Assembly (NCBI GenBank): GCA_963674705.1
Contig: OY771506.1
Span: 928,001-992,000, forward strand
Source of the DNA: Phycisphaeraceae bacterium
Lineage (GTDB): Bacteria; Planctomycetota; Phycisphaerae; Phycisphaerales; Phycisphaeraceae
Length of the DNA: 64,000 bases
Direction of reading: 5' to 3'
The notes under the pieces are model-generated. The model saw only the letters and a list, made by a program, of their open reading frames with translations, was not told the origin of the DNA and searched no databases. Made by a program: the position numbers and the translations under genes. Positions 58,925 to 64,000 of the stretch are shown piece after piece. Every line of letters starts with the position of its first letter. Position 1 is the first letter of the stretch.

Positions 58925-60277
58925 TTATTGACTGCTGTATCGATTGCTGTCGATTTTTTTGCCTTCGATCAGGTCTTCGATATCCAGCGGGTGTCGGGGT
59001 GAGCCGGACATCAGTGCATTTTCTGTAATAAGCATGGGCAGCAGTGTCTGCTTGGAAACTTTGCCCAGCAGCGCGTAGATGCGCGTATCCAACTCGATCC
59101 GGTCGGCGATCCAGTCGTCCTCCGCCCCACGATCCATCTCCTTGTCCTCTTGCGTATCAAGCAACTTCCGGGCCTCTATCCGCGCGCGGGCGGGGGTGCG
59201 CTTCTGCTCATCCGTAATAAGAATCTTGTCGAACTCGGCCCACTTCTCCGGCGCGATGCGCCAGACGGCCAGCGAAGTCTTCGCCAAGTCACATGAATAT
59301 CGGTTGGTGGGGCTGGTATGCCTGACCAGCTTGTTGCATTTGCTATCCAGGGGCACGGGCAGGTAGACGATGGCAAGCTCGTTGCCATACTTTTGCTTGG
59401 TCTTCTCCAGCATCTCGTGAGTTTCACGGCAATGCGGGCAATTGTAGTCGAAGAGGATGACGATCACCTTTGGTGCATACGGATCACCGATGATCGGGAC
59501 TTTTGTCGTATCGACCGCGAACTTCCCGCCATAGAAGTTCAGCTTGCGTGGCTTGAGGTTGGCAGGCCGGGGATTGGTTCCGGTTGTATCCGTGTTGTCC
59601 GGTTCGTCCGACGAATCGAGTTTGAATACGTCCTCGTCGGCAGCATGACTGAGAGGATCGCCCAGTAGTGTGTCCGGCAAGTCGTCCAGTGCTTCTATTG
59701 AATCCAGGTCGACCGAGCTGTCGGCGTAATTAATAATCGCGTCCGCCCGCTCCGGGCCATTACCCATCACCTGGCCGACGATGAGCACCACAACCGCTAG
59801 TAGCGCCGCACCGGCCGCCGATGCAAAGCCTTTAACCCAACTCAAAGGTTGAACCATCAACAGGCACATCACGCCCGCCGCAGCAGCAGCCACGTGTGTC
59901 GTCATGCAGTAGATACAGAACATACGCATGATCCCGAATTGCACGACCGTGAACCATGCCGCCGCGATAATCGCTGTTATGCTACCAAATAGCAGCACCC
60001 AGTCGATTGCCCGTTGCGGGCGTATCGACTCCGGGTCTCGCATGACGGCTGTGCAGAGCATCGCGACGTACACACCCATCGCGAAGAGACTCACCGGGAC
60101 GCCCAGCCAACTCGACCACTTGCTGGTCAGTACCGTGTCGCAGCTCGATCCCCCGCCGCAGCCGGGCAATGCTTCGAGCGTCTGCGATTGATACAGCAAC
60201 AGGCCCGCGAACCCAGCAGCCAATGCCGCCAGGGCCACGGTTGTCCACTTCGCCGCCGCAGAAGTCCTGAAGTCCAT
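58925..60277 (-). CDS. VKOR-DsbA/thioredoxin fusion protein
   Basis: GC....SCDTVLTSKWS, FCIYCM (VKOR CxxC), acidic linker and FDYNCPHC; start set at ATG 60277. Confidence 0.88.
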   Translation of the reverse strand: MDFRTSAAAKWTTVALAALAAGFAGLLLYQSQTLEALPGCGGGSSCDTVLTSKWSSWLGVPVSLFAMGVYVAMLCTAVMRDPESIRPQRAIDWVLLFGSITAIIAAAWFTVVQFGIMRMFCIYCMTTHVAAAAAGVMCLLMVQPLSWVKGFASAAGAALLAVVVLIVGQVMGNGPERADAIINYADSSVDLDSIEALDDLPDTLLGDPLSHAADEDVFKLDSSDEPDNTDTTGTNPRPANLKPRKLNFYGGKFAVDTTKVPIIGDPYAPKVIVILFDYNCPHCRETHEMLEKTKQKYGNELAIVYLPVPLDSKCNKLVRHTSPTNRYSCDLAKTSLAVWRIAPEKWAEFDKILITDEQKRTPARARIEARKLLDTQEDKEMDRGAEDDWIADRIELDTRIYALLGKVSKQTLLPMLITENALMSGSPRHPLDIEDLIEGKKIDSNRYSSQ

Positions 60278-60473
60278 AAGGCCTACGATTATAGGGTAAA
60301 ACCCGGGCAAACCAATGGCATCGACAATTGAAACAGAATAACCACCGATGGACACAGATAAACACCGATTTTTGCCACCTGTTAAGTTGGGATAGCCAGT
60401 GTAAGACTTAAGTTAACCGAGTGATATTCAAACCAATTCGTAGGCTTTGAATCTGATCCGTGTTTATCCGTGT

Positions 60474-61706
60474 TCATCTGTGGCTAATAACACCTGCTCG
60501 AAAATCGACCTCGAATCCGGCAGCTTCCAAGGCTTGCTTGAGCGATTGGATATGGTCGGCGTCCCGCGTCTCGACGAGGCAGTGGACGTTGACGCTGGAC
60601 ATGTCTTCGCCACTGAAAATCCGGTCGTGCGCAACCTCTTTGATCGACACGCGAGCTTCCGCCAGCACGGCCGTGAATCGGTTCAGCCCGCCGGGCCGAT
60701 CGCTGACTTTTGCGACAAACCGGCACAAGCGCCCGTCCGCCGCCAGGCCGTGCTCGATGACGCGGCCGAGCATCGTCGAATCGATATTCCCACCACACAA
60801 CGGCAAGACCACACGTTTGCCTTGCAGCTCCGGCAGTGCCCCCGCGATCAATGCCGCCAAGCCCGCAGCACCCGCCCCTTCGACCACACTTTTTTCTAAT
60901 TCGATACAGCGCAACACCGCCAACGCGATCGAGTGCTCATCAATGGTCACAACTTTGTCGACGTATTGCTTTGCTACCGCGAATGCGTTGTCGCCGACCT
61001 TGTTCACGAGCAGGCCGTCGGCGAGCGTTGATTTGGTGTCTACGCATACGGGTTTACCCGCTTTAAGCGCCGCGGTGAAACTCGGTGCGTTGGCGGGTTC
61101 AACGCCGAATACTTTCACATCGGGCTTTAGTGATTTAACCGCCAGTGCGATCCCGGCGATTAATCCCCCACCACCGATCGGGACAACGACGGCTTCGAGA
61201 TCGGGCACCTGTTCGACAATCTCGATACCGATCGTGCCTTGTCCTGCGATGACGGCCGGATCATCAAAGCCGTGTACGTGCGTTAATCCACGTTCTTTAG
61301 CCAGTACATCCACGTGTTCGCGTGCTTGTGCGTAGTCCTCACCATGCAATACAACCTGCGCGCCCATGGCCCGGCAACTGGCGACCTTGTTGATCGGCGC
61401 ATGCACCGGCATCACAACAGTTACCGGCACGCCCAACTTTTTGCCGTGATAAGACAAACCCTGCGAATGGTTCCCCGCTGACGCCGCGATGACGCCCTTC
61501 TTCTTCGCTTCATCGCCCAGCAGCATCAACGCATTGCGAGCGCCGCGTTCTTTAAAGCTGCCCGTGCGCTGGAGGTTTTCCAGCTTGCAATAAACATCGC
61601 ATCCCGCAACCTGCGATAGCGGTTGCGACTCCGGGCAAGGCGAAAGATATATCCCGCCGGCGATGCGTTTTGAGGCGTCTTGGATGTCCTGGAAGGTGAT
61701 AGGCAT
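60474..61706 (-). CDS. ilvA: Threonine ammonia-lyase with a C-terminal ACT domain
   Basis: KLENLQRTGSFKERGA, ASAGNH, GQGTIG, PIGGGGL, GGNID and DRPGGL motifs. Confidence 0.9.
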   Translation of the reverse strand: MPITFQDIQDASKRIAGGIYLSPCPESQPLSQVAGCDVYCKLENLQRTGSFKERGARNALMLLGDEAKKKGVIAASAGNHSQGLSYHGKKLGVPVTVVMPVHAPINKVASCRAMGAQVVLHGEDYAQAREHVDVLAKERGLTHVHGFDDPAVIAGQGTIGIEIVEQVPDLEAVVVPIGGGGLIAGIALAVKSLKPDVKVFGVEPANAPSFTAALKAGKPVCVDTKSTLADGLLVNKVGDNAFAVAKQYVDKVVTIDEHSIALAVLRCIELEKSVVEGAGAAGLAALIAGALPELQGKRVVLPLCGGNIDSTMLGRVIEHGLAADGRLCRFVAKVSDRPGGLNRFTAVLAEARVSIKEVAHDRIFSGEDMSSVNVHCLVETRDADHIQSLKQALEAAGFEVDFRAGVISHR

Positions 61707-61863
61707 CTATCCATTATGGATAGCGTTGGTCTAAAAACCAAATGTGAAGATTTAACAGGGTTGAACACGGATACTCAGATAAGATCAGATTATTGGATTA
61801 AATTCACATCCGTGTTTATCTGTGTTCATCACTGTTAATAGTGAATTCTGTGATAACGGGAAT

Positions 61864-62589
61864 TCATGGTCGCCAATCATTGCCGTACCACTTCACCATC
61901 GCCGGATCGTTTTGGCCTATCTGTTCAAACGCGCGGATGCGCAGCAGGCAGGAATCACAATGGCCGCAGGGTCTACCCGAGTTATCCGGATCGTAGCAGG
62001 AGTGGGTCAGGCTGTAGTCGACGCCGAGTTCCAGGCCTTTCTGGATGATGTCGGTTTTGGGCAGGTCGATCAGGGGGGTGTGGATGTTGAGTTTGTGGCC
62101 CTCGACGCCGGCCTTGGTGGCGAGGTTGGCCATGTGCTCGAAGGCTTTGATGTATTCGCCGCGGCAGTCGGGATAGCCGGAGTAATCCACCGCGTTGACG
62201 CCAATGAAAAGGTCCGTGCTTTCAAGCACCTCGGCGACGGCGAGGGCGTAGCTGAGGAAAATCGTGTTGCGTGCGGGGACATAGGTAACGGGGATGCCGT
62301 GGCTCATGGCTTCGCCGTCGCGGTCCTTAGGCACATCGATCGCATCGGTCAGCGCCGAGCCGCCTAAGCTGCGCAGGTCGATATTGATCCAGCGGTGACT
62401 GACGACGCCAAGCTGGTCGGCCACGCGATGAGCCGCGTCGATTTCAGTTTTATGCCGTTGGCCGTAGTCGAAACTCAGCGCGTGGCAGGCGTAGCCCTGC
62501 GCGTTGGCGATGGCGAGGCAGGTCGCGGAATCGAGCCCGCCGGAGAGGAGGACGATCGCCGGGGGTGATTGTGAATCTGTTGATTTCAT
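61864..62589 (-). CDS. queC: 7-cyano-7-deazaguanine synthase
   Basis: [28 protein letters not shown] and SCY..CG.CDSC motifs. Confidence 0.96.
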   Translation of the reverse strand: MKSTDSQSPPAIVLLSGGLDSATCLAIANAQGYACHALSFDYGQRHKTEIDAAHRVADQLGVVSHRWINIDLRSLGGSALTDAIDVPKDRDGEAMSHGIPVTYVPARNTIFLSYALAVAEVLESTDLFIGVNAVDYSGYPDCRGEYIKAFEHMANLATKAGVEGHKLNIHTPLIDLPKTDIIQKGLELGVDYSLTHSCYDPDNSGRPCGHCDSCLLRIRAFEQIGQNDPAMVKWYGNDWRP

Positions 62590-62683
62590 GACAGTAAAAA
62601 TCTGGAAACCTGGAAACCTGGAAAACTAGAAATAAAGAATTTTCACCTGTACCGCATTGTACTATTTCCAGTTTTCTAGTTTT

Positions 62684-63739
62684 CTAGCATTTGTTTTCCC
62701 CCGTCATCTGCACCGCCAGCCTGATCGCGGCCTTCATGCTGCCGGCATCGGCCTGGTTTTTACCGACGAGGTCGAACGCGGTGCCGTGGTCGGGGCTGGT
62801 GCGGATGATGGGCAGGCCGAGTGTGACGTTGACGGCCTCATCAAACCCTATCAGTTTGACGGGGATCAGGCCCTGGTCGTGATACATCGCGACGACGAGG
62901 TCGTACTGGCCGGCGAGGGCGGACATGAAGATCGTGTCGCCGGGGAACGGGCCGCGCGCGTCGATGTCGTGGCTGCGCGCCGCTTCGATGGCGGGCGAGA
63001 TGATGCGTGCTTCCTCGTCGCCGAACTGGCCGTTCTCTGATGCATGAGGATTTAATCCGCAGACTGCGATGCGTGGTTTTGCGATACCAAGCCGCTGACA
63101 GAACTGATTGCCGAGGTCGATCGGGTTGTAGACAGCGCCGATGGTCAGCGTGTTGCGCAGGTCCATCAAGGGCAGGTGCACGCTCGCCAGCGCGACGCGG
63201 AGCTTGGGTGACTCAAACGCCATGACGACGCGCTTGGCTTTGGTGCGCTGCGCAAACATCTCAGTGTGACCGGGGAATCGGCAGCCGGCCATCTTCCAGG
63301 ATTCCTTGCAGATCGGCGCGGTGACGACGGCATCGACCCCCGCCTCATCGATCGGGCGCTGCGCGGCAGCGATGGCGTCGTCGATAAAGTTCAGGCTCGC
63401 TTGTCCTCCCTGGCGGGTCGGCCGATGCACCGCGGAACCGAGCTGGCTGTATTCATCGTAATCCAGCACGACGATGTCGTGCGTCAGGCTGAACTCAGTG
63501 CGCGGGGAGTCGTGCTGGATCCGCCACCAGAACGGCTCGATCTCCGCGAGGTCGGCGGCGTAGGCCAAAAGTTCATTCATCCCGAAGATGACATAACGGG
63601 CGAGTTTTCGGATCTCCGGGTCCGCCAGTGCTTTGACCACGACCTCGGGGCCGATCCCCGCCGGATCGCCCATGGTGATACCGATCACGGGTTTTCGCCG
63701 CGCGGCCGCTGATTCAGGCTGATTCGTTGCTCCAGACAC
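62684..63739 (-). CDS. pdxA: 4-hydroxythreonine-4-phosphate dehydrogenase
   Basis: TMGDPAGIGPE, TAPICK, PGHTE, GLNPHA, AMYHDQG and RTSPDHGTAFD motifs. Confidence 0.95.
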   Translation of the reverse strand: MSGATNQPESAAARRKPVIGITMGDPAGIGPEVVVKALADPEIRKLARYVIFGMNELLAYAADLAEIEPFWWRIQHDSPRTEFSLTHDIVVLDYDEYSQLGSAVHRPTRQGGQASLNFIDDAIAAAQRPIDEAGVDAVVTAPICKESWKMAGCRFPGHTEMFAQRTKAKRVVMAFESPKLRVALASVHLPLMDLRNTLTIGAVYNPIDLGNQFCQRLGIAKPRIAVCGLNPHASENGQFGDEEARIISPAIEAARSHDIDARGPFPGDTIFMSALAGQYDLVVAMYHDQGLIPVKLIGFDEAVNVTLGLPIIRTSPDHGTAFDLVGKNQADAGSMKAAIRLAVQMTGENKC

Positions 63740-63877
63740 ATATACATCCTAACAGCATGCGTCGATTACGGGGTAACAGGCGTACTAAAGGGTTTTGGCG
63801 GGTGTTATGTAATCTGTTTTCCCGCCGTTCTATTATTCCCGTTTTCCTGCTTCTGTCCGATCCCCTACCATGTGGGT

Positions 63878-64000
63878 ATGACAGACAACCTTAAAGATGC
63901 CGGTGCGCCACCGGTCGCGGTGATTGGTGTTGGGCGGATGGGCAAGCACCACGCCCGCACGTATAAGCAGATGCCCGAAGCCGATCTCGTGGCGGTGGTT
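63878..64000 (+). CDS. Gfo/Idh/MocA oxidoreductase, 5' part
   Basis: Manual translation MTDNLKDAGAPPVAVIGVGRMGKHHARTYKQMPEADLVAVV; runs off the right edge. Confidence 0.85.
   Translation, partial: MTDNLKDAGAPPVAVIGVGRMGKHHARTYKQMPEADLVAVV

Noticed and set aside
58925..60277. VKOR-DsbA fusion as a novelty
   Set aside because: VKOR-thioredoxin fusions are an established architecture.
1..64000. tRNA/rRNA genes, prophage, integrase or defence operons
   Set aside because: None recognised by eye; tRNAscan-SE and DefenseFinder would be needed to exclude them formally.

Overview
GC-rich bacterial chromosomal window whose gene content suggests Planctomycetota (Phycisphaerae-like; inference from sulfatase, Zn-ribbon/TM giant protein, FHA-GspE fusion, DUF4139 pair, UDPGP-type-1 pyrophosphorylase). 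It is mostly housekeeping genes: amtB-glnK, rsmE, ruvX, manC, pyrE, iscS-like, lysA, ruvB, clpP, gnd, split feoB with two DtxR/MntR regulators, gatB, ilvA, queC and pdxA. It also carries one intact IS630 element, a lower-GC island of orphan toxin/immunity-type genes at 14.1-16.4 kb, and several families of REP-like and periodic-heptamer intergenic repeats. The most striking unannotated element is a ~235-nt purine-rich unit at 13563-13796 with a candidate promoter and a strong terminator. It holds 19 GGA motifs (alternating GGAGAAA linkers and CAGG(G)A mini-hairpins) closed by a 10-bp long-range helix, a candidate CsrB/RsmZ-like protein-sponge sRNA. Other signals: a perfect sigma54 promoter with NtrC-like boxes and a four-hairpin leader before amtB, recurrent leaderless-type starts (TANNNT-N6-ATG), a duplicated gene 3' end flanking a kinase-like gene, and a strand-skew flip near 13-16 kb. 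All calls come from reading motifs by eye; no database searches were run.
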